The position numbers were made by a program, and so were the translations under genes. Positions 35,901-48,532 of a stretch of DNA of 64,000 nucleotides are shown here, piece after piece (the stretch's first letter is position 1; each line of letters opens with the position of its first letter). Source of the DNA: Squalus acanthias (taxonomy: Eukaryota); assembly GCA_030390025.1 (NCBI GenBank), contig JASTWF010000033.1, forward strand, positions 1,986,001 to 2,050,000, read 5' to 3'. The notes beneath the pieces were generated by a model that was not told the origin of the DNA, ran no database searches, and worked only from the letters and a program-made list of their open reading frames with translations.

Positions 35901-36770
35901 TTTGGATAGACTGGGTGATTGGGCGGTTAAATGGCAGATGCACTATAATGTGGACAAGTGCGAAGTTATCCACCTTGGGTGCAGGAACGGGAGGGCAAAT
36001 TATTATTTAAATGGCAATAAATTGGGAGAGGGGGAAGTACAGAGAGACCTGGGTGTTCTTGTACACCAGTCACTGAAGGCGAGCATGCAGGTGCAACAGG
36101 CGGTCAAGAAGGCAAACGGTATGCTGGCCTTCATAGCAAAAGGGTTGGAATACAGGAACAGGGATACCTTGCTGCAGCTGTACAGGGCACTGGTGAGACC
36201 ACACCTCGAGTACTGTGTACAGTTTTGGTCGCCTCATCTGAGGAAAGATGTTCTTGCCATGGAGGGGGTACAGCGGCGATTCACCCGGCTGATACCAGGA
36301 ATGGCGGGATTGACCTATGAGGAGAGACTATGTAGTTTAGGGTTGTACACACTGGAGTTTAGAAGATTGAGAGGGGACCTCATAGAAGTGTATAAAATTC
36401 TGACAGGTCTAGACAGACTAGATGCAGAAGGAATGTTTCCCTTGGCGGGTGAGAACAGAACTAGAGGACATAATTTAAGGATAAGGGCTAAACCATTTAG
36501 GACAGAAATGAGGGGGAATTTCTTCACTCAGAGGGTGGTGAACCTGTGGAACTCATTGCCACAGAGGGCAGTGTACGCCAGCTCATTAAATATATTTAAG
36601 AGGGAATTAGATATATTTCTACAGGCAAAAGGGGTTAAGGGTTACGGAGAGAAGGCGGGGACGGGATACTGAATTGGAGGATCAGCCATGATCTCATTAA
36701 ATGGCGGAGCAGGCTCGAAGGGCCGGATGGCCTACTCCTGCTCCTATCTTCTATGTATCTATGTATCTAT
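32989..36770 (+). mobile_element. Young CR1 LINE ORF2 (endonuclease plus RT) with (tatgtatc)n tail; ORF1 absent; interrupted by an antisense CR1
   Basis: YDLIGITETWL..GDFN..SDHN (32989-33633) continues in frame at 34567 (DAIRRELSRSDW..) into the 34660-36672 RT ORF. Joined, this is about 916 stop-free codons. Confidence 0.95.
33634..34561 (-). mobile_element. 5'-truncated CR1 (different subfamily) nested antisense in CR1 ORF2, 5-bp TSD ATTAT
   Basis: ORF 33731-34552 is an RT C-terminus; agaaacat tail at 33634. ATTAT at 33629-33633 and 34562-34566. Confidence 0.92.
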
Positions 36771-38388
36771 GATATTAGGTGGGGTGGGGAGGAGCTGAGG
36801 ATATTAGGTGCAGTGTTGAGAGCTGAGGATATTAGGTGCGGTGGGGAGGAGCTGAGGATATTAGGTGGGGTGGGGAGGAGCTGAGGATATTAGGTGCAGT
36901 GTTGAGAGCTGAGGATATTAGGTGGGGTGGGGCAGCTGAGGATATTAGTTTGGGTGTGGAGGAGCTGAGGATGTTAGGTGTGGAGTGGAGGTGCTGAGGA
37001 TATTAGGTGGGGTGGGAAGGAACTGAGGATATTAGGTGTGGTGTGGTAGAGCTCAGGACACTAGGTGGGGTGGGGAGGAGCTGAGAATATTATGTGGGGT
37101 GGGGAGGAGCTGAGGATATTAGGTGGGGAGTGGAGGAGCTGAGGATATTAGGTGGAGTGGGGAGGAGCTGATGATATTATGTGGGGTGGGGAGGAGCTGT
37201 GAATATTAGGTGGGGTGGGGAGGAACTGAGGATATTAGTTGTGGTGCGGTGGAGCTGAGGATATTAGTTGGTGTGGGAGGAGCTGAGGATATTAGGAGGG
37301 GTGGAGAGGAGCTGAGGATATTAGGTGGGGTGGGGAGGAGCTGAGGATATAAAGTGGGGTGGGGAGGTGCTGAGTTTATTAGGATGCGTGTTGTGAGCTG
37401 AGGATATTAGGTGGGGTTGGAAGGAGCTGAGGATATTTGGTGGGGTGGGGAGGATCTTAGGATATTAGGTGGGGTGGGAAGGAGCTGAGGATATTAGGAG
37501 GGGTGGAGAGGAGCTGAGGATATTAGCTGGGGTGTGGAGGAGCTGAGGATATTAGGTGGGGTGGGGAGGAGCTGAGGATATTTGGTGGGGTGGGGAGGAT
37601 CTGAGGATATTAGGTGGTGTGGGGAGGAGCTGAGGATATTAGGTGGGGTGGGGAGGAGCTGAGGATATTAGGTGGGGTGGGGAGGAGCTGAGGATATTAG
37701 GTGGTGTGGGGAGGAGCTGAGGATATTAGGTGGGGTGGGGAGGAGCTGAGGATATTGGGTGGGGTGGGGAGGAGCTGAGGATATTAGGTGGGACGGGGAC
37801 GAGCTGAAGATATTAGGTGGGGTGGGGAGAAGCTGAGGATATTAGGTGGGGTGGGAGAAGCTGAGGATATTAGGTGGGGTGGGGTGGGGGAGAGCTGAGG
37901 ATATCAGATGGGTTGAGGAGGAGCTGAGGATGTTAGGTGGGGTGTGGAGGAGCTGAGGATGTTAGGTGGAGTGGGGAGGAGCTGAGGATATTAGGTGGGG
38001 TGGAGAGGAGCTGAGGTTATTAGATGGGGTGGGGAGGAGCTGAGGATATTTGGTGGGGTGGGGAGGAGCTGAGGATAGTAGGTAGTGTGGGGAGGAGCTG
38101 AGGATATTAGGTGGTGTGTGGAGGAGCTGAGGATATTAGTTGGGGTGTGGAGGAGCTGAGGATATTAGGTGGGGTGGGGAGGAGCTGAGGATATTAGATG
38201 GGGTGGGGAGGTGCTGAGGATATTAAGAGTGGTGGGGAGGAGCTGAGGATATTAGGTAGGGTGGGGAGGAGCTGAGGGTCTTAGATGTGGTGGGGAGGTG
38301 CTGTGGATATTAGGTGGGGTGGGGAGGAACTGAGGATATTAGGTGGGGTGGGGAGGTGCTGAGGATATTAGACGGGGTGGGTAGGAGT
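36771..38388. repeat. 29-bp G-rich minisatellite, block 3
   Basis: Same unit as blocks 1 and 2. Confidence 0.97.
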
Positions 38389-38739
38389 TTACGATGTTCG
38401 ATGCATATATCGAAAGTCACAAAGGGAGACTGAAGCAAACAGGAGAGCAGTTCTGTTATTTGAATAAAAAATATCTTCACCAACTTCTTCGAAAAGCAGT
38501 GGTGCAATGTGAGAAGCCAAGAGTTTACTTTGCAATAAATCCTCAGATTTTCTGATAAAATTCCAAACCCACACACAGTTTTAGATGGCTGCCTTTATTA
38601 ATTATTATTGTTTTTTTATTCAATGCACTGATGCTTTGCTTCAAATATTGAAAAGACATTTCTCTACATGACAACTCACAATAGACATTAGAAAACATAC
38701 AGACTGCGCAGTTAAGTGACAAGTGACCATTAACAGAGA

Positions 38740-41616
38740 TGGACGCGAGGTGATGCACTTTGGTAGGAAAATATAACATCATGAGGGTAGTGCGGTTGAT
38801 GTTGTGTATATGGACTTTCAAAAGGCGTTTGACAAAGTACCACATGACATAACTGTTCATAAAATTGTAGTCCATGCGATTAATAGGACAGGGCAGCATG
38901 GATACCAAAATGGTTAAGGGTCAGAAAGCAGAGAGTAGTGGTGGCCGGTTGTTTTTCAGTCTGGAGGGAATTATACAGAGGGATTCCCCAGGGGTCGCTA
39001 TTAGGACCAGTGCTCTCTTTCATATATTTTAATGACCTAGAGTTGGGTATAGAGGGCATCAAAACTCTGAAATGTCGCACACAATGAGGAGGATCGTAAC
39101 AGACTTCAGGAGGACGTAGACTGACTGGTCAACAAGAGAACATAAGCAATTGGAGCAGGAGTAGGCCATTCGGCCCTTCAAGCCTACTCCACCATTCAAT
39201 ACGCTCCTGGCTGACCTTCGGTTTAAAAGTCATTCATGCAACACCTTCTAACTGACCCTCATTCCTGCATATAAAGTTATCTCCTTAGTCAGGTTACTGG
39301 CATATTTTCCATTAGCAGAATAAAATATAATTGGAGCCGAAATCAAGAAACTAAATGCCAAGAACATTTGGCTGGGTCTTTACCCTTATAAACTGTTCCT
39401 CAGGCTGGAGGGATTGAGAGCTTCAGAGACGTCCCTGACATGATCCTACACTTCTCTGATGGCGTTTCTTTCGGAATCCAATCCCTTTGTTTACAGCATA
39501 ACCCGAACTCTGATTCAATCAGGCAGACACTGGGCAGATTCTATTGAACACAGCGAATTGTGAAGTGAAAAATGAGAAGAGGCAATGTGATCTCAATGGT
39601 GTAACTATAAAGGGAGTGCAGGAACAGAGGGACCTAGGCATGTATGTACACTAATCTTTGAATGCGGCCGGTAATTTGAGAAGTATGTTAATAAAGCATA
39701 CGGGATCCTTCGCTTTATTAAAAAGCAGTAGAGTACAAAAGCAATGAAGTTATGCGAAAACATTATAAAGCACTGATTAGGCTTCAGCTGGAGCATTGTG
39801 TCCAATTCTGGACACCACACTTTAGGAAAATGTCAAGGCCTTATAGCGTGTGCAGAATAGATTTACTAGAATGGTACCAGGGACAAGGGACTTCAGTTAT
39901 GTGGAGAGACTGGAGAAGCTGGGGTTGTTCTGATTAGAGCAGAGAAGGTTAAGAGGAGATTTGATAGAGGTGTTCTAAAGACTACATAGATTTAATAGAG
40001 TAATTAATGAGCAACTGTTTCCAGTGGCAGTGTGGTCGGTAACCAGAGGACATAGATTTAAAGTGATTGGCAAAAGAACCCGAGAAAACATGCGGGAGCT
40101 TTTGTTTTACACAGCGAGTTGTTGTGATCTGGAATGCGCTGCCTGAAAGGAAGCAGATTCAATAGTAACTTTCAAGGGGGATTTAGAAAAAATACTTGAG
40201 ATAAAATAAAATACTGTGGAAAGAGCAGAGGAGTGGAATTAATTGGACAGCTCTACCAAAGAGCCGGCACAGGTACGGTGGGCCGAATGGCCTCCTTCTG
40301 TGCTGTATCATTCCATGAATTTATAATCACCGATACCTTAGAAAATAAGAAACTGAACGTGGCAGAAGAGAAGAGGGCTCTCGGGATAAAGATGAACAAA
40401 TAATTAAAAGCAGTATCACTGGACAGCAAAGCAATTAAAATGTTAACAATGAATTGGGGTTTATTTCTAAGGCAATAGAATTCAAACGAAGTGAAGTTGG
40501 CCAGTGGTGGGAAGTGGTGTTTCGCAAGGATCGGTGCTGGCAACACTTTTGTTCACCATTTACTTCAACAATTAGGACTCAGGAATCGGAAGTGCAATTT
40601 CAAACATTGTGGATGCCACGCAAATGGGGGTTTATACTTAATATAGAGGAGGACTGCGACAAAATACAGGAGGACGTTAATAAAGTTGCAGAATGGGTGT
40701 GTAACTGGCAAATTAACCTCAATATAGAGAAATGCGAGGTAGTGCATTTTAATAGAAAGAATACGGAGGTCACAGACTCCTTGGAGAATAAGTTCTAAAC
40801 GGGGTTGAGGGACAGAGCGATGTGAGGATACAGTTACATAAATCACTAAAAGTTGCAATGCAGGTTGATAAGGCCATAAAAACAAAGAAAGCACTGGGGT
40901 TCATTCTAGAGGGGTAGAATTGTAAAGAATATAAGTTATGTTAAACTTGTATGGAACCTTGGTTAGACCACACTTGGTGTACTGTGAACATGGTCTCCAT
41001 CTTATAAAAAGGACATAGAGGGACTGGCGAAAGTACAAACAGTATTTACTAGAATGATACCAGAACTGAGAGGTTATACCTGTCAGGAAAGACTGAACAG
41101 GCTGGGGCTCCTTTCTTTAGGAAAGTGAAGACTGAGGGATGATCAGATAGAGTTCTTTGAGATTATGAAAGGGTTTCATAGGGTAGATTAGAGAAGGTGT
41201 TTCGACTTTCAGGAGAGACTAGAACTCGGGGCCATAGATTTAAGATAGTCATTAATAAATCTAATAGGGAATTCAGCAGAAACCTTTTTACCAAATGAGT
41301 GGTCAGAATGTGGAACTCGCTACCACAAGGAGTAGTTGATGCGAATAGCACAGACACATTTAAAGGGGGAATGGAATAGAATGATATTTTTACTGGGTTA
41401 GATGAAGGAGGGTGGGTGGAGGGTCGTGTGGAGCATGGACACCAACATGAACATTTTGAGTCGAATGACCAGTCTCTGTCCTGTAAATACTTTGTAAATT
41501 GTATTAAACATGTATAGGACACCGGGTCACGTCACACTTAGAGAACTGAGCGTAGTTATGGTCTCCATAATATAAAAAAGACATAGAAGAACTGGAGAAA
41601 GTGCAAAAAATACTTA
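38740..41616 (+). mobile_element. Several old, heavily decayed CR1 RT/3' fragments
   Basis: Remnants such as tatggactttcaaaaggcgtttgacaaagt (DFQKAFDK), LEHCVQFWTPHFRK, KCEVVHF and CR1-type 3' UTRs. Confidence 0.75.
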
Positions 41617-43470
41617 CAACAACAACAACTTGTATTTATATAGCGCCTTTAACATAGTAAAATGACCCAAGCGATTCACGGGAGCGATATTGAACAACAC
41701 CTGACCCTGAGCCACATAATGAGATATCTGGAAAGATGACCAAAAGCTTAGTCAAAGAGGTAAGTTTTAAGCAGCATCTTAACGGCTCATTTTCTGAATG
41801 GCAGGCAGTAACAAGTGGGGTACCACAGGGATCTGTCCTGGGTCCCCAGCTGTTCACAATTTACATTAATGACCTGGATCAGGCAGTCGGATGCAGCATT
41901 TCCAAATTTGCAGACGACACTAAACTAGGAGGGGGGGTGGGCTCAGAGGAGGAGACCAGGAAGCTCCAGAGCGATTTGGACAGACTGGGTGATTGGGCGG
42001 ATAAATGGCAGATGCACTATAATGTGGACAAGTGCGAAGTTATCCACCTTGGGTGCAGGAACGGGAGGGCAAATTATTATTTAAATGGCAATAAATTGGG
42101 AGAGGGGGAAGTACAGAGAGACCTGGGTGTTCTTGTACACCAGTCACTGAAGGCGAGCATGCAGGTGCAACAGGCGATCAAGAAGGCAAACGGTATGCTG
42201 GCCTTCATAGCAAAAGGGTTGGAATACAGGAACAGGGATACCTTGCTGCAGCTGTACAGGGCACTGGTGAGACCACACCTCGAGTACTGTGTACAGTTTT
42301 GGTCGCCTCATCTGAGGAAAGATGTTCTTGCCATGGAGGGGGTGCAGCGGCGATTCACCAGGCTGATACCAGGAATGGCGGGATTGACCTATGAGGAGAG
42401 ACTATGTAGTTTAGGGATGTACACACTGGAGTTTAGAAGATTGAGAGGGGACCTCATAGAAGTGTATAAAATTCTGACAGGTCTAGACAGACTAGATGCA
42501 GAAGGAATGTTTCCCTTGGCGGGTGAGAACAGAACTAGAGGACATAATTTAAGGATAAGGGCTAAACCATTTAGGACAGAAATGAGGGGGAATTTCTTCA
42601 CTCAGAGGGTGGTGAACCTGTGGAACTCATTGCCACAGAGGGCAGTGTACGCCAGCTCATTAAATATATTTAAGAGGGAATTAGATATATTTCTACAGGC
42701 AAAAGGGGTTAAGGGTTACGGAGAGAAGGCGGGGACGGGATACTGAATTGGAGGATCAGCCATGATCTCATTAAATGGCGGAGCAGGCTCGAAGGGCCGG
42801 ATGGCCTACTCCTGCTCCTATCTTCTATATTTGTATCTATGTATCTATGTTAAAGGAGGAGGGAGATTTAGAGAAGCAGAGAGGTTCAGGGAGGGGATTC
42901 CTGAGCTTAGGGCCCAGGCAGCTGAAAGCACAGCCGCCAATGGTGGAGCGGTTACAATCGGGGATGTGAAAGAGGCCAGAATTAGAGGAACACAGAGATC
43001 TTGGGAGTGTTGTAGGGCTGGTGGAGCTTGCAGAGGTAGGGAGGGCGAGGTCATGGAAGGATTTCAAAGCAAGGATGATCATTTTAAAATGGAGGCATTG
43101 CCGGAACGGGAGTCACTGTAGGTCAGCGAGCACAGGGGTGGTGGTTTACCGGGATTTGGTGTGGGTTAGGTTAGGGGCAGCACAGCTTTGGATGAGCTCA
43201 AGTTATGGAGGGTGGGTTTTGGTAAGCCAGCCAGGAGAGAGTTGGTGTTATCAAGTCTAGAGCTAGCAAAGGCATGGATGATGGTTTGAGCAGCAGATGA
43301 GCTGAGGCAGGGGCGAAGTTCGGCGATGTTACCGAGGTGGAAGTAAGCCGTCCTGGTGATGGAGTGAATATCCGGTCGGAAGATCATCCCGTGGTCAAAT
43401 ACGACACCAAGGTTGCAAACAGGAAACTGGTGCTAAGGAGAGGGATGGAGTCGGTGTTTAGGTAACGGAG
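41617..43470 (-). mobile_element. L2-clade LINE 3' fragment (interrupted by a young CR1)
   Basis: TAYFHLGNIAELRPCLS..IHAFASSRLDNTNSLLAGLP and STIGGCAFSCLGPKLRNPLP are typical of the L2 RT C-terminus. A (ttg)n tail is at 41617-41630 on minus. Confidence 0.82.
41781..42850 (+). mobile_element. 5'-truncated young CR1, near-identical to 35707-36770
   Basis: Open [29 protein letters not shown] differing by only a few residues from the 34660-36672 ORF; same tail. Confidence 0.95.
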
Positions 43471-43790
43471 TTTGTGAAGTGGGCCTATAGCTTCGTTCTC
43501 ACAAATAATTAGGTGGATGGCACCAGAACTGAAAGATTGCAGCTATCGGGAAAGATTGAACAGGTTGGGCCTTTCTGCTGTAGAAGAGAGGGGACTTTGC
43601 TGAGGCCTGATAGAGATCTTGAAAATTATGAATGGGTTGGACAGGGTAGATGTGGAGATAATGTTCACACTAGTGGGAGAATGCAACACTTGGGGTCATA
43701 AATACAAGATATTTACTAATAAATTCAATTGGGAAATAAGGAGCAATTTCTGTACTCAGAGTGGCTAGAATGTAGACCTCACTACATTCG

Positions 43791-45273
43791 ATGGAATCTG
43801 GAACTGTACCCATGGATTGGAGGGTAGGTAATGTTACCCCAATATTCAAAAAGGGTGGTAGAGAGAAAGCGGGGAATTACAGACCGGTAAGCCTGACATC
43901 GGTATTAGGGAAAATGCTAGAGTCCATTATAAAGGATGTAATAGCTGAGCACTTGAAAAACAGTGACAGGATCGGAAAATTTCAACATGGATTTACAAAA
44001 GGTAAATCGTGCTTGACTAATCTACTGGAATTTTTTGAGGATGTAACTGGGAAAATAGATAGGGGAGAACCAGTAGAGGTGGTGTATTTGGACTTTCAAA
44101 AGGCTTTTGATTAGGTCCCGCATAAGAGATTAGCGTGTAAAGTTAAGGCACATGGGATTGGGGGCAAGGTATTGACTTGGATCGAGAACTGGTTGGCGGA
44201 CAGAAAGCAGAGAGTAGGAATAAATGGGTCTTTTTCTGAGTGGCAAGCAGTGACTAGTGGGGTACCGTAGGGATCGGTCCTTGGACCCCAGCTATTCATA
44301 ATATACATTAATGGTCTCGATAAGGGAAGTAAATGTAATATGTCCAAGTTTGCAGATGACACAAAGCTGGGTGGGAGTGTGTGCTGCGAGGAGGATACCG
44401 AGAAACTCCAGGATGATTTGGACAGGTTGGGTGAGTGGGCAGAAGCGTGGCAGATGCAATATAACGTGGATAAGTGCGAGGTTATCCACTTTGGTGTCAA
44501 AAACAGAAAGGTAGACTGTTATCTGAATGGCAATAGATTGGGAGAAGGGGAAGTGCAACGAGACCTGGGTGTCCTTGTGCACCAGTCGCTGAAAGTAAGC
44601 ATGCAGGTGCAGCAGGCAGTGAAGGAGGCAAATGGTATGTTGGCCTTCATAGCGAAAGGGTTTGAGTATAGGAACAGGGATGTCCTGCTGCAGTTGTACA
44701 GGGCCTTGGTGAGACCACACCTTGAGTACTGTGTCAAGTTTTGGTCGCCTTATCTGAGGAAGGATGTGCTTGCCATGGAAGGAGTTTAGCGAAGATTCAC
44801 AAGGCTGATACCTGGGATGGCAGGAATGACATATGACGAGATATTGTGTCGATTGGGCTTATACTCGCTGGAGTATAGAAGAATGAGAGGGGATCTCATC
44901 GAAACATATAAAATTCTGACAGGTCTGGACAAACTAGATGCAGGAAGAATGTTCCCGATGGTCGGAGAGTCCAGAACCAGGGGTCATAACCTAAGGATAA
45001 CGGGTAAGCCATTTAGGACAGAAATGAGGAGGAATTTCTTCACCCAGAGAGTGGTGAAACTGTGGAATTCTCTACCACAGAAGGTAGTTGAGGCCAAGTC
45101 ATTAAATATATTCAAGAATGAGTTAGATATATTTCTTAAAGCTAAAGGTATCAAGGGATATGGGGAGAAGGCAGGTACAGGGTACTGAGTTTGGATGATC
45201 AGCCATGATCTCATCGAATGGCGGAGCAGGCTCGAGAGGCCGAATGGCCTACTCCTGCTCCTATCTTCTATGT
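43791..45273 (+). mobile_element. 5'-truncated CR1 (RT region with stops)
   Basis: VPMDWRVGNVTPIFKKG..YLDFQKAFD, FADDTKLGG, GEKAGTGY and a CR1 tail. Confidence 0.93.
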
Positions 45274-45744
45274 TACTACCACAGGAAGTGCTTGAGGAAA
45301 ATAGTTTAGATTATTTCAGAATGAAACTAAACCGGTAAATGCAAGAAAGGGGAATAGAAAGATATTCTGAGAGACTGAGATGAGGTAGATGCAATGAGAG
45401 GAGACTGATATGGAGGATAAACACCAGCAGAGACTGACTGTGCCGAATGGCCTGTTTGTGTGCTGTATATTCTATGTAATATAATCCTCTGAACTGCAGT
45501 TCAGCTCCGCTCTGTCTGCCTACCTATTGACCAGGCTCTTACTCTGGAAGCAGCGAATGAATTGCTGCCCTCAATCGCTGAAGGGACACTTTACAGAAGA
45601 GCTCAGAGTGAAAGCAGCAAACTAGTGGTCCTGTCCCGAAAGACAATGTGGGAAATGTCAGTCAGAAACAGTGCCGAGTCCTAAATACAGTGCTCGCCCC
45701 GCCGCTGGCTGTATCTTCAGATCTCCAGCGATTGCTGGTGTAAT

Positions 45745-46730
45745 TCAGTGGGTGGCGGTCTGGGGCTGAATATTACATTCCTGGGCTGGAAACACTGGGA
45801 GCCGCCTCTGGGCTGTGCTCACTTGTTTCTGATTATTAATGAATTGAATAATTGAGGTAAGCGGATATTTCACCGCCCTCTTCACCTGCTCTCTGAACTT
45901 GGACTGGGTCACCCCATAAATAAATGTGTTTGTGCAGCAACTTAAATCCCGCAGCATAATTCCGACTCGTCCAAAAATATATAAAGAACCAGTGTAAAGA
46001 ACGGGATTTGTTCCTGTAATGGTATAATATAAGAATTCTATAACATTCACCAGCCACAGCAGTATGAAGCTGCCGGATATGGTGAAGAGTAAAATCATAG
46101 ACTTCCTTCTGCTCTCCATCTCTGGGTCTCTGCCATTCTCTCCCTTGCTCTCACCCCTCAGTCCCTTACGGACCCGACTGGCCACTAAAATGTGTCTGAC
46201 TGTCAGAGCGTTGAGCAACAGAATTAAAGCGAATGGGAGCAATGGGGTTAAAACCGTGTTAAACCAGTCAAATCCCACCCACCCGGGCTCAGTATAATAG
46301 TTTGGGATTGTGTCACAGAACCACGGCACATTGTCGATTATGAACCCGGGTTGAAATGTAAAGTAGAATGGAACGTTTTTTACACAGTGCAGAATGCCGG
46401 TTGTTCCCAGAACCACAGCTGCTGTTTTCTTGGTGCAATATTTAGTTTTCAGCTTCTGGCAACAAATGGCCACAAATCGATCAAAGGTGAAAGTGACGGT
46501 GAACCAGACAGAACAGTGTGTGGCTGCACGGGCCAGGACAGCGATAACACTACACACAGGGGTGATGGACAGGAAAGACCATGGGAAATAATAATAACTG
46601 ATCATCCTCAGTATGATCTCAGTGACAATGGTCAGGAGATCCGCCGCTGCCATGGCCACCAGGTAGCGAGTGGTGCAGGTGGAGAGCCCGCACTTTCCCC
46701 GGGACAGGATCACAATCGCCAGAAAATTCA
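45745..46730 (-). CDS. Exon 2 (TM1 C-half to TM7 and tail) of a rhodopsin-class GPCR, GPR139/GPR142-like (cartilaginous-fish expanded family)
   Basis: Open 328-codon frame with YLVAMAAADLL (TM2), TFDRFVAIC (DRF), LLPFALILLLN (TM5), SGSFILLW (TM6) and SCCTNTFIY (TM7). Phase-1 acceptor tgttttacag|TG AAT at 46731. Confidence 0.9.
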
Positions 46731-46804
46731 CTGTAAAACACAGAAGGGAAAAGAGACTGGAAATTACTGATCACACATTCTCCGTGTCTGAGCCCAGACA
46801 GTAA

Positions 46805-47110
46805 GGGCTGGATTTTAACACCCCAAAAACCGGCGGATTGGGGTCAGGTAATAGGTGAAAATTGAACAATATCCACCCGACCCCAACCCGCCTCCAACCC
46901 GCCCGCTTCCGAGTTTAACGGAGACGGGACAGAGAGCGGGCAGCGAACCGCTCCCAGGAGGCGTGTTGGCAAGTTAAATATTTTAATGAGGCGGGCAGGC
47001 TCTGATTTACTCTGTTTTACAGGTTTAACTACGGCTGGCCGGGCTTCCTGTGCCTCGGGAATTATTTCGCCCCCCACCCCCCAAACTCTATCCATCGCCC
47101 GAAACCCCCC
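46805..47110. mobile_element. Possible non-autonomous DNA-transposon (MITE-like) fragment
   Basis: GC/CpG-rich island beginning gggctggatttt, resembling the ends of common shark non-autonomous elements. No partner TIR seen. Confidence 0.35.
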
Positions 47111-47131
47111 ATGGATAGAAACCTGGGGTCA

Positions 47132-48332
47132 AGTGGATGTGGTGTATTTGGAATTTCAAAAGGCTTTCGATAAGGTCCCGCATAAGAGTTTAGCGTGTAA
47201 AGTTAAGGCACGTGGGATAGGGGGCAAGGTATTGACTTGGATAGAGAACTGGTTGGGGGACAGAAAGCAGAGACTAGGAATTAATGGGTCTTTTTCCGAG
47301 TGGCAGGCAGTGACTAGTGGGGTGCCGCAGGGATCGGTCCTTGGATCCCAGCTTTTCACAATATACATTAATGATCTGGATAAGGGAACTAAATGTAATA
47401 TCTCCAAGTTTGCAGATGACACAAAGCTGGATGGGCGTGTGTGCTCCGAGGAGGATACCGAGAACTCCAGGATGATTTGGACAGGTTGGGTGAGTGGGCA
47501 GAAGTGTGGCAGATGCAATATAACATGGTTAAATGCGAGGTTATCCACTTTGGTGTCAAAAACAGAAAGGCAGACTATTATCTGAATTGCAATAGATTGG
47601 GAGAAGGGGAAGTGCAACGAGGCCTGGGTGTCCTTGTGCACCATTCGCTGAAAGTAAGCATGCAGGTGCAGCAGGCGGTGAAGAAGGCAGATGGTATGTT
47701 GGCCTTCATAGCGAAAGGGTTTGAGTATAGGAACAGGGATGTCCTGCTGCAGTTGTACAGGGCCTTGGTGAGACAACACCTTGAGTACTGTGTGCAGTTT
47801 GGTCGCCTTATCTGAGGAAGGATGTTCTTGCCATGGAAGGAGTTCAGCGAAGATTCACAAGGCTGATATCTTGGATGGCAGGAATGACATATAAGGAGAG
47901 ATTGGGTCGATTGGGCTTGTACACGCTGGAGTATAGAAGAATGAGAGGGGATCTCATCGAAACATATAAAATTCTGACAGGTCTGGTCAAACTAGATGCA
48001 GGAAGAATGTTCCCGATGGTCGGAGAGTCAAGAACCATGGGTCATAATCTAAGGATAAGGGGTAAGCCATTTAGGACAGAAATGAGGAAGAATTTCTTCA
48101 CCCAGAGAGGGGTGAACCTGTGGAATTCTTTACCACAGAAGGTAGTTCAGGACAAGTCATTAAATATATTCAAGAAGGAGATAGATATATTTCTTAAAGC
48201 TAAAGGTATCAAGGGATATGGGGAGAAGGCAGGTACAGGGTACTGAGTTTGGATCATCAGCCATGATCTCATCGAATGGCGGAGCAGGCTCGAGGGGCCG
48301 AATGGCCTACTCCTGCTCCTATCTTCTATGTT
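47132..48332 (+). mobile_element. 5'-truncated CR1, same subfamily as 43791-45273
   Basis: [31 protein letters not shown]. The tail runs into the gap. Confidence 0.93.
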
Positions 48333-48532
48333 NNNNNNNNNNNNNNNNNNNNNNNNNNNNNNNNNNNNNNNNNNNNNNNNNNNNNNNNNNNNNNNNNNNN
48401 NNNNNNNNNNNNNNNNNNNNNNNNNNNNNNNNNNNNNNNNNNNNNNNNNNNNNNNNNNNNNNNNNNNNNNNNNNNNNNNNNNNNNNNNNNNNNNNNNNNN
48501 NNNNNNNNNNNNNNNNNNNNNNNNNNNNNNNN
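48333..48532. other. Assembly gap (200 N)
   Basis: Run of N of round length, typical of a scaffolding gap of unknown size. Confidence 0.99.
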
